DNA from: an uncultured Methanomicrobiaceae archaeon
GTDB taxonomy: Archaea; Halobacteriota; Methanomicrobia; Methanomicrobiales; Methanoculleaceae
Assembly: GCA_963826525.1 (NCBI GenBank)
Contig: CAWGXH010000004.1
Location: 672,001-736,000, forward strand
DNA: 64,000 nucleotides
Direction: 5' to 3'
In this document: positions 50,138 to 60,333 of the stretch, one piece after another
Position numbering within the stretch: position 1 is the first letter of the stretch
How the letters are laid out: every line of letters starts with the position of its first letter
Made by a program: the position numbers and the translations under genes
The notes under the pieces: model-generated
Databases searched by the model: none
What the model was told of the DNA's origin: nothing
The model's input: the letters and a program-made list of their open reading frames with translations, nothing else

Positions 50138-52318
50138 TTACAGCCTGCAGGACTCAAGCACACCGGTGACCGGTTCTCCCGCATACATGCAGACCGACGG
50201 GTAGTAGCGTGTGATATACTCCTTCACCATCCGGCGGGCGGAGTACTGCCACGCACAGCTCTTGATCGACTCCTTCATCATCTTCACCCAGCCGTGCGGG
50301 ATCTCATCCATCGGGCGCATGTAGTAGAGCGGGACTATCTCGTTCTCGATGATATCGTAGACGGTCTCCGCATCGGCACGGTTGCTCTCCCCGTAGGGCC
50401 GGCTGCCCTCGAGCGCCCAGCCATTCCTGCCGTTGTAGCCCTCCACCCACCAGCCGTCGAGGACGGAGAGGTTCGGCACCCCGTTCAATGCAGCCTTCAT
50501 CCCGCTCGTCCCACTCGCCTCCATCAGCGGCACCGGCGTGTTGAGCCAGACGTCGACGCCCTGCACCATGTAGTGCGCAAGCTGCTCCCCGTAGTTCTCG
50601 ACGAACGCGATCCGCCCGGCAAAGTCCGGCGACTCCGCGAACTGGTAGATCCGCTTGAGGACATCTTTGCCCCAGTCGTCTGCCGGATGGGCTTTTCCGG
50701 CAAAGACGAACTGCACCGGCCGCCACCGGTTCGTCACGATCTTCTCGAGCCGGTCGAGATCCTCGAAGATCAGATCGGCCCGTTTGTACCCGGTGAATCT
50801 GCGTGCAAACCCGATCGTCAGGGCGGTGGTGTCGAGCATCAGCCCCTCGGCCGCGAGGTTCAGCGGTTCGTTCCGGTACTCCGACCACTTCCGCCGCTTT
50901 CGTTCGCGGATCCGGGCGAAGAGTTTCATCTTCAGCCACTGGTGCACGTGCCAGAGTTCCTCGTCCGGGATCTCTTCGGCGAGCCGCCAGACAAGGGGGT
51001 TGTCGTGCTCCTCCCGCCAGGTCGGGCAGACGGGGTCCATGTACTTATCAAAGAGCTTCTCCATCCGCTGGTTCAGCCAGGTGGGCACGTGGACACCGTT
51101 TGTCACCGATTCTATCGGCACGCGGCTCTCCGGCACCCCAGGCCAGAGAGCCTGCCACATCTGCCGTGCAACCTCGCCGTGCTTCTGCGAAACGCCATTG
51201 TGGAACCGGGTCATTCTGAGGGCAAACGCGGTCATATTAAATCCCGCTTCGGGTTCGTGGGGCGCCCTTCCAAGGTCGATGAACGTCTCCCAGTCGATTC
51301 CGAGGGACGGGCAATAGTCGCCGAAGTAGCGTTGCATCAGGTCGAACGGGAAGACGTCGTGCGCCGCCGGCACCGGGGTATGGGTGGTGAAGATCGAGGT
51401 GTTTCGCACCTGCTCTGCCGCCTCTTCAAACGACATTCCCGTATCAACCCGTTCCCGGAGCCGCTCGATGAGGGCAAAGGATGAGTGCCCTTCGTTGAGG
51501 TGCATGGCCGAGTAACTGATCCCGAGGGCGTTGAGCACCGTCCGGCCGCCGATACCGAGTACCAGTTCCTGCCGGAGCCGCCCTTCGAGGTCTTTTTCGT
51601 AGAGCCGGTGAGAGATGCTCCGGTTCTCGGGGAGGTTCTCGTCGATGTGGGTGTCGAGGAGGTAGAGCGGAACCTTCCCGGCCTGCACCTTCCAGACCGC
51701 GACGTAGAGCGGCGGCTCGATGAGCGGCACCTGCACCACAAGCTGCCTGCCGTCCTCACCCATGACCCGGGTTATCGGGGCGGTTTCACGGTCGAGCAGT
51801 TCCACGATGTTCTTCTGCCAGCCGTCCGCCTCGAGATGCTGATGCACGTAGCCCTCCGCATACAGGAACCCGACGGCGACCATGGGAACACCGAGATCGC
51901 TGCACTCTTTGACGTGGTCTCCCGCAAGGATGCCGAGCCCTCCGGCGTAGAGCGGCAGGGAGTGATGCAGCCCGAACTCCGAGGAGAAGTAGGCGATGGT
52001 GAGCGGCATCCGCTCGGGGTAGTTCTCGGAGAACCAACTGTTCTTGCTCTCCATATAATTCCGGAACCGGCACATGAGCAGATCATAGCGGCGGAGGTAG
52101 TCGGGATCCTCCGCGGCACGCTCGAGGAACCGCGGCGGGGTCTCAAGGAGCATCTTCACCGGGTTGTGCCCGCTCTCCTTCCATTCCGCCCGGTTGATCT
52201 GCTTGAAGAGCAGCATCGCCGACGAGTGCCAGCTCCACCAGAGGTTGTATGCCAGTTCCACCAGCCCGGATATTCTGTCCGGGACATGGGAGAAATGGTC
52301 TACGGGTATATCCATCAT
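50138..52318 (-). CDS. glgP: Alpha-glucan (glycogen) phosphorylase
   Basis: LAYNLWWSW, YAGGLGILAGD, HLNEGH, FTTHTPVPA, FARRF-YKR, EASGTSGMK (PLP lysine). Confidence 0.97.
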   Translation of the reverse strand: MMDIPVDHFSHVPDRISGLVELAYNLWWSWHSSAMLLFKQINRAEWKESGHNPVKMLLETPPRFLERAAEDPDYLRRYDLLMCRFRNYMESKNSWFSENYPERMPLTIAYFSSEFGLHHSLPLYAGGLGILAGDHVKECSDLGVPMVAVGFLYAEGYVHQHLEADGWQKNIVELLDRETAPITRVMGEDGRQLVVQVPLIEPPLYVAVWKVQAGKVPLYLLDTHIDENLPENRSISHRLYEKDLEGRLRQELVLGIGGRTVLNALGISYSAMHLNEGHSSFALIERLRERVDTGMSFEEAAEQVRNTSIFTTHTPVPAAHDVFPFDLMQRYFGDYCPSLGIDWETFIDLGRAPHEPEAGFNMTAFALRMTRFHNGVSQKHGEVARQMWQALWPGVPESRVPIESVTNGVHVPTWLNQRMEKLFDKYMDPVCPTWREEHDNPLVWRLAEEIPDEELWHVHQWLKMKLFARIRERKRRKWSEYRNEPLNLAAEGLMLDTTALTIGFARRFTGYKRADLIFEDLDRLEKIVTNRWRPVQFVFAGKAHPADDWGKDVLKRIYQFAESPDFAGRIAFVENYGEQLAHYMVQGVDVWLNTPVPLMEASGTSGMKAALNGVPNLSVLDGWWVEGYNGRNGWALEGSRPYGESNRADAETVYDIIENEIVPLYYMRPMDEIPHGWVKMMKESIKSCAWQYSARRMVKEYITRYYPSVCMYAGEPVTGVLESCRL

Positions 52319-52654
52319 CTCGATCCCACCGGAAGTTCTTCCCCGGGGGGAGATAGGCACGGCAGTACATAAGATCTTCCCTGAGGGGAGGGGTAGTAGG
52401 GCAGGGACGGCGGGCGGCCACCTGCGACGACGGCATCACATCCAGAACGGCCCGGTGTCTGACATGCTCATAGAGGGCTTCCTCGCTCATTCCTGTTCCA
52501 GATAGATCAGGATCCAAGCCCTGCGTCACGGAGAACGTACCCGGAATGACCTCGCCAGGCGGGTCGTGGCACGTGAGCTGGCACAAGCAGGTGTCCTGCC
52601 CGGCAATGACGCAGCAGACAGAGAGTGCCCCGGGGAACACCAGACACACTCGTG

Positions 52655-52830
52655 CGTGACCGGCCCGCTGAACGCAATCTGCAAGGGGCTGCCAGGTACC
52701 GGGAAGACGACGAGCGTGAAGAAGCTTCATCGATATCGGGGAGGCGACCCGGACGCGGACGAGGGTGTTTGCAAAGGTCTACGAAAAAATTGGTCGGCCA
52801 TGCTCTGCAGGCGACCGGAGTGCCGGAGCG
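52655..52830 (+). pseudogene. Remnant of an Orc1/Cdc6 replication initiator
   Basis: PLNAICKGLPGTGKTTSVKKL (Walker A in the methanogen Cdc6 context), then VFAKVYEK(L)VGHALQATGVP; the rest is missing. Confidence 0.65.
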
Positions 52831-52855
52831 CATGGGGGGATGATGCCCAGACCCT

Positions 52856-53137
52856 TCACCGCTTCCGCTCGTCCTTCTCCATCAGCTCGCGGATCTTACG
52901 CTCCTCCCACTCCCGGCCGAAGATCCGGTTTCCGACAAAGACGTCGAGCGCGTGGAAGGCGATCCCGACTCCCCAGAAGAGCGTGACCCAGTAGAACCAG
53001 AGAACTCCGGGGCTTGAGAGAAGGTTGATCGCCAGGAGCAGGAGATTGACGACGATATAGATGCCGAGGTGCGTATAGAAGCCGCGGACATCTTCGACAT
53101 GCTTCTTCGCCCGGGCATACCGCTCGTTCTCATCCAT
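52856..53137 (-). CDS. 2TM domain protein
   Basis: RAKKHV...GFYTHL-IY-VVN...WF-W---FWG-G---H...WEERKIRELM. Confidence 0.92.
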   Translation of the reverse strand: MDENERYARAKKHVEDVRGFYTHLGIYIVVNLLLLAINLLSSPGVLWFYWVTLFWGVGIAFHALDVFVGNRIFGREWEERKIRELMEKDERKR

Positions 53138-53247
53138 ACAAGAAGCATATCACCGGGAGAATATATAGGCTCCCGCCCGCAGGCGCCCTGCACTTTCGCC
53201 CCCCGCACTGAGCGGGCTTATACCCTGCCCTGCCGATCCCAGAAGTA

Positions 53248-53659
53248 ATGGACGGCATGGTTCGGAGAGCAGGGTACATCCAGCGCTATCGCTCCTATGC
53301 GTACGACGCCCGGGGCTATTCCTGCCAGATTGTTGAGGTCACCATCCACGGCATCCGCTACGGTATCCGGGACGGCGAGCTCCGTCGGGCGCTCGCGGGC
53401 CGGGGAACCGCCCACGTCGAGACACTCCGGCAAGACTGGCGGCAGTACCCTGGACGGCACCGTCGGAAACGCGGACCGCTCGAAGAGCGGTCGGGCACTC
53501 GTCATCGACCTTACGCCGGGACGGCGGTACTCCGTCGCCGCCGAGAGCCTGCGAGCGGTCCTCTCCCGGAAGCGTGCCTACGCGGCCGTCATCGAGATTG
53601 CGCCCCGTCCCCCGAAACCCAGCTCCGCCGTGCAGCAGACCCTCGCCGGGATCGCCTGA
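53248..53659 (+). CDS. Hypothetical protein (frameshift near 53448)
   Basis: Two overlapping ORFs join into a coherent ~137-aa product (...SKSGRALVIDL...); TTATA about 30 nt upstream. Confidence 0.6.
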
Positions 53660-53667
53660 CCGCGGCA

Positions 53668-54258
53668 TCAGGAGGGCGAGCAGACGACGATGGCGACCCC
53701 CTGATCCCCGACGAGAACGGACGGGGGATACCGGAGGAGCCAGATGACCGCGATGATATCACCGACCGACCCTGCCGCGTTCAGAACAAGGATGAGCAGG
53801 AGCGGGGGTAGGGCGATGAGGGGCACAACGAGGAACAGGAGGAGGCCGACGGCGGTTATGACGAAGAGCGGCGCAAGCGCGATCCCGAGATAGCGGTTCC
53901 GGGTGACGGCGACGCCGGGCGGCGCACCGACGTACGCGTAGAACCCGGTAACCCCAAGCCGGGGGCGCTCTCCCGTAACGAGCCGAAAGAAGACTGCGTG
54001 CACCCCTTCGTGCACCACCACCAGAACCAGCACCGCCCCGGCGAGGACGGCAAGCCCGATGGCAATGGCGATCAGCCCTTCAGATCCGGAGACGGTGAAC
54101 GAGGCCTCGGCGGGAAGATCGGGCCGGAGCAGGATCGCCGCCTGCAGAAAGAGAAATGCCGAGGCCACGAGGCCGAAGAAACCCGCTATCTGGACAAGGA
54201 TGAGGTTTCTCTTCGTCGAAAGGTCGAGCCTGCCGATCTCCTGCACTGGCGGTTCCAT
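53668..54258 (-). CDS. DUF3267-type membrane zinc metalloprotease-like protein
   Basis: VVHEGVH HExxH inside a TM segment, ALAPL, NAAGSVGD. Confidence 0.85.
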   Translation of the reverse strand: MEPPVQEIGRLDLSTKRNLILVQIAGFFGLVASAFLFLQAAILLRPDLPAEASFTVSGSEGLIAIAIGLAVLAGAVLVLVVVHEGVHAVFFRLVTGERPRLGVTGFYAYVGAPPGVAVTRNRYLGIALAPLFVITAVGLLLFLVVPLIALPPLLLILVLNAAGSVGDIIAVIWLLRYPPSVLVGDQGVAIVVCSPS

Positions 54259-54283
54259 CACCACAGGTGCGGCGAAGGGGAGG

Positions 54284-54646
54284 TTAACCCTTGCGTCCCG
54301 CTGCCTCTGCCGCCAATTCGCCCGCATCCCGGAACGCCCGGGCGACCCCGCCGGGACCGAGCCTGACGCCCCCGAAGATTCGTGAGACGACCAGGGCGTG
54401 CCGGTCGAGAGCGTGCCTTCGGAGCACCGTAAGAAGCACCCGGCCGGGCTGGCCGACCTCGCGATCGCTTCGGAACTCTTCCGTCCCGGCGATACGCACG
54501 GCTGCGCAGTGGTGAGCGGCCTTCCGGTAGCGGCTCCGGTGCCGCTCGAGGATAGCCTTGAGATCATTGGAGCTCTCAATCTCGTAGAGGTGCGCGTAGA
54601 ACCGGGAGCGCCGCTCCTCGACGGCTGCCGCCGCACACTCCCGCAT
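54284..54646 (-). CDS. YigZ/IMPACT (UPF0029) family protein, N-terminal domain only
   Basis: ERRSRF, AAHHC-A, SDRE...PG, VVSRIFGGVRLGPGGVARAF. Confidence 0.9.
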   Translation of the reverse strand: MRECAAAAVEERRSRFYAHLYEIESSNDLKAILERHRSRYRKAAHHCAAVRIAGTEEFRSDREVGQPGRVLLTVLRRHALDRHALVVSRIFGGVRLGPGGVARAFRDAGELAAEAAGRKG

Positions 54647-55578
54647 CAGAGAGACTCCCGTGCATACGCCGCCGCCCCGAGGAGCGGTGCCCGGCCTTCG
54701 AGGTTGCTGACGACCAGGCGGGGCAGCGCCAGGTAGCGGTCGACGAACGGCAGCAGGTGCTCAATGACGAGATCGCCGTTATACCGGGCAATAGGGCCGT
54801 CGAAGACGATCACCTCGGGGTTATAGGCGACGATGACGTTCGAGACCCCGCGGGCGTTCACCCGGCCGAGCGCCTCCATGAATGCAAGGGCGATGGATTC
54901 CCCCGCCCGGGCAGCGGCGAAGATCGCCGCGGCGGTATCGGTCGCAAACCCGACATCTCCGATTCCTTCGCTCTCCCGCCAGGCAGCGAAGAACCGGGGC
55001 ATGAACCGGCCTGACCCGTAGGCCTCCCAGTGACCGAAGTGGCCGCACCCGCAGCGCTGGTTGTAGCGGTTGTCGACGAAGAGGTGCCCGACCTCACCGG
55101 CGTTGCCGTTCCGCCCGAGCAGCAGGCGGCCGCCGACGACCGCGCCCCCGCCGATCCCGGTGGACATGGTGACATAGACAACATTCTCACACCCCCGTGC
55201 GGCACCGACCCACCGCTCGCCAAGGAGGCCTGCCCGGGCGTCATTGACGAGAAAAGCCGGCAGGTCGAACCGATCCCGGACGGGCTCGACAAGGGCAACC
55301 TCGGGAAAGGCGATATTCGGCGAGTGCACCATCATGCCACGCGTAAGATCGAGCGGGCCGGCGGAGCTGATCCCGATGGCGGCGACGGTGTCCCCTTTCC
55401 CGGCGGAAGACCGGAGCAGGCGATCGATCAACCCGAGAAGTGCATTGGTGACGACCGCCCCGGACTGCCCGACGACAGGCGTCTCCGTTGCGGCATGCTC
55501 AAGGATTGTTCCCTCGTCCGTGACGATACCGGCGCGGATCTGTGTTCCTCCAAGGTCGACGGCTATCAGGTTCGGCAT
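54646..55578 (-). CDS. ROK family sugar kinase (glucokinase-like)
   Basis: VDLGGT, NDA, STGIGGG, GEVGH, CGCGHFGHWE, LLGAA. Confidence 0.93.
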   Translation of the reverse strand: MPNLIAVDLGGTQIRAGIVTDEGTILEHAATETPVVGQSGAVVTNALLGLIDRLLRSSAGKGDTVAAIGISSAGPLDLTRGMMVHSPNIAFPEVALVEPVRDRFDLPAFLVNDARAGLLGERWVGAARGCENVVYVTMSTGIGGGAVVGGRLLLGRNGNAGEVGHLFVDNRYNQRCGCGHFGHWEAYGSGRFMPRFFAAWRESEGIGDVGFATDTAAAIFAAARAGESIALAFMEALGRVNARGVSNVIVAYNPEVIVFDGPIARYNGDLVIEHLLPFVDRYLALPRLVVSNLEGRAPLLGAAAYARESL

Positions 55579-55664
55579 GTATCCTCCCGAGTGGTTCTTG
55601 TCGTCGGTGATGATAACCCTGATTCCTCCGGCACCCCTCCGCCCCGGCGTTACCAATATTTATG

Positions 55665-56010
55665 CGGTCGATCCGGTCCTGTTTATCCTGCTCATCAACA
55701 CCATCTTCACCGTTATCATCGACCATACCCGGCCGCTCCCCGATGGAGCTCGCCGCCTTCCAAGGCCTTATCGCCATGCCGATCGGGAGCAGCCGGGCGC
55801 TCGTGACCGAAGGCAACCGGGTAGAGACCTTCACCGGCGGCCATGAGATGTCCGAGTCGTTCTTTGCGGCGATTGCGGGTGCCCGCCACCACATCCACAT
55901 CGCGTTCTACATCACCCACTCAACCGAGATCACGCCCGAACGCTACGTCGCACGGTCGGCGCGGGTGAAGGTGAAAGAGTCCGTCTCCCGCCTCTTCTCG
56001 CCCATCCTCC
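55665..56010 (+). pseudogene. Collapsed cardiolipin synthase remnant
   Basis: N-terminal TM piece; TEGNRVETFTGG...IAGARHHIHIAFYI joined directly to the Cls C-terminus STEIT...KVKESVSRLFSPIL; both HKD domains are deleted. Confidence 0.75.
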
Positions 56011-56244
56011 TATCACGGCTGGCGGAAACAGCCGATGCACATACAGGTCTCCTTGGTGCAGAGAGCGTAGCCGAAGAGGTGGGCGGCGGATGGCGAAGAA
56101 AGGGCTCTCCTGTAGATCACCGACAGACGGGGCAGGTCGACCGGCGGCTCCGGTCCCTTGATGAAGGCGATCGGGCGTTATCTGCGCTCAGCACCGATGA
56201 CAAACCCGGAGGGGGAAAATTCCGGGGCAGCGGAATCCCAAACA

Positions 56245-56306
56245 TTTAGGTATACCGAAAACATTAATCCCACCACAGTCGACCACTCTTTTAGGTAAAC
56301 CTAAAA
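56245..56306. promoter_or_regulatory. Two DtxR/MntR-type operator palindromes upstream of feoA
   Basis: TTTAGGTATACCGAAA (56245-56260) and TTTTAGGTAAACCTAAAA (56289-56306) share the TTAGG...CCTAA arms of DtxR-family boxes; the operon encodes a DtxR-family regulator. Confidence 0.75.
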
Positions 56307-56315
56307 AAGGTACAT

Positions 56316-56549
56316 ATGACAACCGAACTGATAACCCTGCACACGGGCACACAAGCGACGGTCACCGGATTCGAAGGGCCCCAGGGCTTTGCCCGGAGAC
56401 TACGGACTATCGGTATCAGGGAGGGGAAGACGCTGACGGTGGTCGCCCGCCACCCCTTCGGCGGCCCGATCGTCGTGAGCGTGGACGGCCGTGAAGTTAC
56501 TCTGGGCAGGGGAATGGCCCGCCGGGTCCTGGTGGACGTGCAGGCATGA
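56316..56549 (+). CDS. feoA: Ferrous iron transport protein A
   Basis: RRLRTIGIREG...HPFGGPI...LGRGMA; ATGA overlap with feoB. Confidence 0.95.
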   Translation: MTTELITLHTGTQATVTGFEGPQGFARRLRTIGIREGKTLTVVARHPFGGPIVVSVDGREVTLGRGMARRVLVDVQA

Positions 56550-58278
56550 GGCGCATCGTCCTGATGGGCAACCCAAACGTCGGCAAGAGCGGGATGTTCT
56601 CGCGGCTGACCGGGACGCAGGTCATCACCTCGAACTATCCGGGCACGACCGTGGATTTCTCCCGGGGCACCATACATGTTGACGGGGCAGCCGTCGAGCT
56701 CGTCGACGCTCCCGGAACCTACTCCCTTGAGCCGTCCAATGCCGCCGAGGAGATAGCGGCCGCTCTGATGGAGACGGCGGACCTGATCGTCAGCGTCGTC
56801 GACGCGACCAACCTGGAACGAAACCTCTTCCTTACGCTTGAGGTGCTGGAAACCAGAAAACCGATCATCGTGGCGCTCAATCTCTGGGACGAGGCGGTCA
56901 ACCAGGGCATCGCCATCGATGTCCCGAACCTCGAACACCTGCTGGGCGTGCCGGTCGTGCCGACGGTCGGGCTCTCCGGGCAGGGGATCAGCGAGCTCAT
57001 CAGCAGATTCAGCGAGGCACGGCCGTCCGATACTCTGGCGCCCATGGACGCCGAGGAGCGGTGGAAGACCGTCGGCCGGATCACGGACGCGGTGCAGACG
57101 ATCACCCACCGGCACCCTACCTTTCGCGACCGGCTCTCGGAGGCAAGCGTCAGGCCGGTGAACGGCTTTTTCATCGCGCTCGGGGTGATCGCCGCCGCTT
57201 TCTGGGTGGTCAGACTGATCGGCGAGAGCCTTATTCAGTACATCTTCGAGCCGCTCTTTGACCTCTACACACCCTTCGTCACTGCAGCTCTCCGATCTCC
57301 TTGGCCCGGGGATTCTGCACGACATCCTTATCGGGAGGCTGAGTGACGGCGGGATCGACTACGTCGAATCGATGGGGCTGCTGACGACCGGCCTCTACGT
57401 TCCCTTCGCCATGGTGCTGCCCTATATCGTCGCATTTTATCTCATGCTCTCGATCATGGAGGACTCCGGCTACCTCCCGAGGCTCGCGACACTGACCGAC
57501 ACCTTCTTTCACCGGCTGGGCATGCACGGCTACGGGATCATCCCGCTCTTTCTCGGGCTCGGGTGCAACGTCCCCGGCGTCCTCGCGACGAGGGTGCTTG
57601 AGACACGAAAGCAGCGGTTCATCGCCGCGACCCTGCTCGGGATCTCCATCCCATGCATGGCGCAGATCGCGATGATCTTCGGGGTGCTCGGTCCGTTCGG
57701 CATGCGGTACGTGGCGGCGGTCTTCCTGACGCTCGCGGCCGTCTACCTGGCGGCAGGGCTCGTGCTGAACCGGTTCGTCGGCGGGGAGTGCCCGGAAATC
57801 TTCCTCGAGCTCCCGCCCTACCGGATGCCGGGCGCCCGCATGACCCTGAAGAAGACCTGGATGCGGGTACGCGGGTTTATCATGGAAGCAATCCCGTACC
57901 TCTTCCTCGGCATCCTGATCGTCAACCTCCTCTATACCGCCGGCATCCTCGATATGCTGGGCACCCTGCTTGCCCCGGTGATGGAGGGATGGCTCGGGCT
58001 GCCGGCCGGGGCGTCGACCGCGCTCCTGGTCGGCATCCTGCGCAAGGATCTGGCGGTCGGGATGCTCATCCCCCTGGGAATGACGCCGGCGCAGGCTGGT
58101 GATCGCGGTGACGATGCTGACGATGTACTTCCCCTGCATTGCCACATTCGCGGTGCTCCTCCGGGAGCTGGGTGCGAGAGACATGCTCCTTTCGGCTGCC
58201 GTCATGACCGGGACGGCGCTGATCGTCGGCGGGCTGATGCAAATGGTGCTGGTAGGAATTTTTGGAGGCGGACTGTGA
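56546..58278 (+). CDS. feoB: Ferrous iron transporter B (frameshifts near 57290 and 58095)
   Basis: GNPNVGKS, NYPGTTV, DAPGTYSL, EDSGYLPR, GLGCNVP, ELPPYR, YFPCIATF. Confidence 0.93.
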
Positions 58279-58703
58279 GGAAAAAAACCATCGAAGAGTA
58301 TATCGAGACGATCTACGCACTCGAGAAACGAGAGGAACGGGCGCAGACCGGGATGATCGCACAGGAGATCGACGTCAAACCACCTTCAGTAACCGAGATG
58401 CTGCGGAAACTGGAAAAGTGCGGCCTTATCGAGTACGAATCATACTCCGGCGCCACCCTGACCCCGACCGGGAGGAAGATGGCCTGCGACCTGCAGAAGA
58501 AGCACAAGACCGTGGCATCGTTCCTGGAGATGCTCGGCGTCGATCACGAGATCGCAGATGCCGACGCCTGCCAGATAGAGCACCATGTGAGCCCCGAGAC
58601 AGCCGAACGCCTCAGGCTTTTTGTGGATTTCCTCCGGGGATCACCGTTCGGCCGGGAGTGCATGGAGCGGTTCGGCAGGTACTGCAGGGAACAGGAGAGG
58701 TGA
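58275..58703 (+). CDS. DtxR/MntR family metal-dependent regulator
   Basis: EEYIETIY, VKPPSVTEML, LTPTG, KH...FL, DACQIEHHVS; GTGA overlap with the feoB stop. Confidence 0.93.
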   Translation: MRKKTIEEYIETIYALEKREERAQTGMIAQEIDVKPPSVTEMLRKLEKCGLIEYESYSGATLTPTGRKMACDLQKKHKTVASFLEMLGVDHEIADADACQIEHHVSPETAERLRLFVDFLRGSPFGRECMERFGRYCREQER

Positions 58704-58714
58704 GAAGGCGGCCG

Positions 58715-59604
58715 TCAACCGTCACCCCGTCGCCGCGAGCGGTCGATGAACCGCCGGAGGCGGGGAATGTTCTGCTCGTAGTGGATGCGGAGCGACGGAA
58801 TCGTATACGGCAGGTACCTCGGGAGAACGGCGGCACCCATCACTCCCTTCCAGAGAAGGCTTTTCTCCCACCCGACAACGCAGGCCCTTTTCTGGAGAAC
58901 GGCGTCCAGGAACTCGGCCGCATCCCCGGCCTCTGCCGCCGTGACCACCCCCGCAAGATCGGGAAGGATGTGCCCGTCCGTCCCCCCGGTGGCGGGCAGA
59001 TTCCGCTGCAGGGCGAGGTCGGCAGCTTTTTGGTTCAGGGAATGCGCCATGTTCCCGCAGATCGCCTCGATGCCGTCGAACCGGTCGAGGACGGATGGGT
59101 CGAGGTAGCCCCGGTCGATGCACTTACAGGTACCCTTGTTGAAGAAGGCGTAGCCGAACGGATGGGCGGCGATGACGACGGCGGCAGTACCCTCGGCGGC
59201 GTCCAGGATCTCTTCCGTGGTGCGGCGGACGGCAAGGCAGGGACTCGCCTGCCTGTACTCCCGGACGTGACGATCGTAGAACTCCCGGAGTTCTGCAGTA
59301 TCTCGAAAGTAGAGGAGGATGTGCGGGCCGTCGGCGGCGCTCACCTCCATCCCGGGGATGACGACGACGTCCGGATACTCCCGGTAGAGCCGGGACCGCC
59401 TCCTCGACACCGCTCACCTGGTTGTGGTCGGTGATCGCAACGCCGGCGCCCAGACGCTCGCAGGCCTTGAGCAGGGCGGCCACCCGGGGCCGGCCGTCGG
59501 AGTGGTTGGTGTGGAAGTGCATATCAATGGACGTGTACCCCGCCGCCCGGAGTGCAGGGAGGTCGGGACGGGCGAAACGGATGCGGTGATGCGAGAGGAG
59601 GCAT
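58715..59604 (-). CDS. PHP-domain metallophosphoesterase (frameshifts near 59410 and near the start)
   Basis: DMHFHT-HSDG, AITDHN, PGMEV, HILLY, AAHPF, GGTDGH. Confidence 0.88.
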
Positions 59605-59773
59605 GGTGCGGAGACGGGTATGTGCCGGCCGGGGTCTAACAGGTTTCGGTTCGGACGGGACGAAAACCCGCTGCTGCTCTCTCCGAATATCGCATCGATT
59701 TCCGAGGCAGAGCGTCCCAGTTATGCGGGAAGGTCTCCTCGTTCAGGCTCCGGCCGGAGCCTGCCCTCCAGGA

Positions 59774-59989
59774 TCAACGGGTGGTTCGGGTGAAGGAGTA
59801 ACGGCCCTCGATTGTGGCCTCGAAGTACGCCATCGGCGACATCGACTCCATCAGACCTCTGTAGACATCCGGCGGAACGCCATAGTAGCGGAAGGTCTCC
59901 CCGTTGCCGAAGAGAATTTCGAGCGAACCATTGCGCTGGTCGTACTCAGCCGAGGTGATCGCTCCTGAGGCAACGACTGTGCTCTGCAT
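59774..59989 (-). CDS. KTSC domain protein (copy 3)
   Basis: MQSTVVASGAI-SAEYD...LEILF-NG--FRYYGVP--VY-GLM. Confidence 0.9.
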   Translation of the reverse strand: MQSTVVASGAITSAEYDQRNGSLEILFGNGETFRYYGVPPDVYRGLMESMSPMAYFEATIEGRYSFTRTTR

Positions 59990-60048
59990 GCCCGCCGAAG
60001 TAGGCCGGGAACTCATATACTTTACGACTCCAGGGTGCCGGCACCCAC

Positions 60049-60273
60049 TCACCGGTAGGCTTCCTTCACCGGCGCGGACGGATACCTGTCTTCTATCATC
60101 CCGTAGAAGTAGGGGTCGGGCGGCGGCGTCTCCATCAGGTCCTGGTAGACCGTCGAGGGCACCTGATAGGACCGGACGACCCTCCCGTCGACGAACGCGA
60201 TCTCGAGCGCCCGACTGCCCCGGTCGTAGCCGATCGATTCGATGGTTGCGGAGGTAACGGCTGTTCGCTGCAT
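60049..60273 (-). CDS. KTSC domain protein (copy 2)
   Basis: MQRTAVTSATIESIGYD...LEIAF--G...VP--VY--LM. Confidence 0.9.
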   Translation of the reverse strand: MQRTAVTSATIESIGYDRGSRALEIAFVDGRVVRSYQVPSTVYQDLMETPPPDPYFYGMIEDRYPSAPVKEAYR

Positions 60274-60333
60274 GAACTTCCGGATGATAGTCGGGAGCGA
60301 TAAGGCTTCTGCAGGATCGGGGTCGGCGCCCGG

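Noticed and set aside
40297-51484. Long antisense ORFs (e.g. 40297..42207 -, 44426..45811 -, 49769..51484 +)
   Set aside because: Shadow frames of real genes, common in GC-rich DNA; no motifs.
53668-54636. 322-aa fusion ORF covering the DUF3267 gene and upstream sequence
   Set aside because: The upstream part overlaps the YigZ gene in another frame and is not protein-like; the likely start is near 54258.
54646-55578. Polyphosphate-dependent glucokinase, suggested by nearby ppk1
   Set aside because: It has the Cys-containing Zn motif of ordinary ATP-dependent ROK kinases; nothing in the sequence supports polyP use.
57258-58703. Apparent FeoB-DtxR fusion in the ORF track
   Set aside because: Caused by a frameshift near 58095. 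The true FeoB end (YFPCIATF...GGGL) stops at 58278 and overlaps the regulator's own GTG start.
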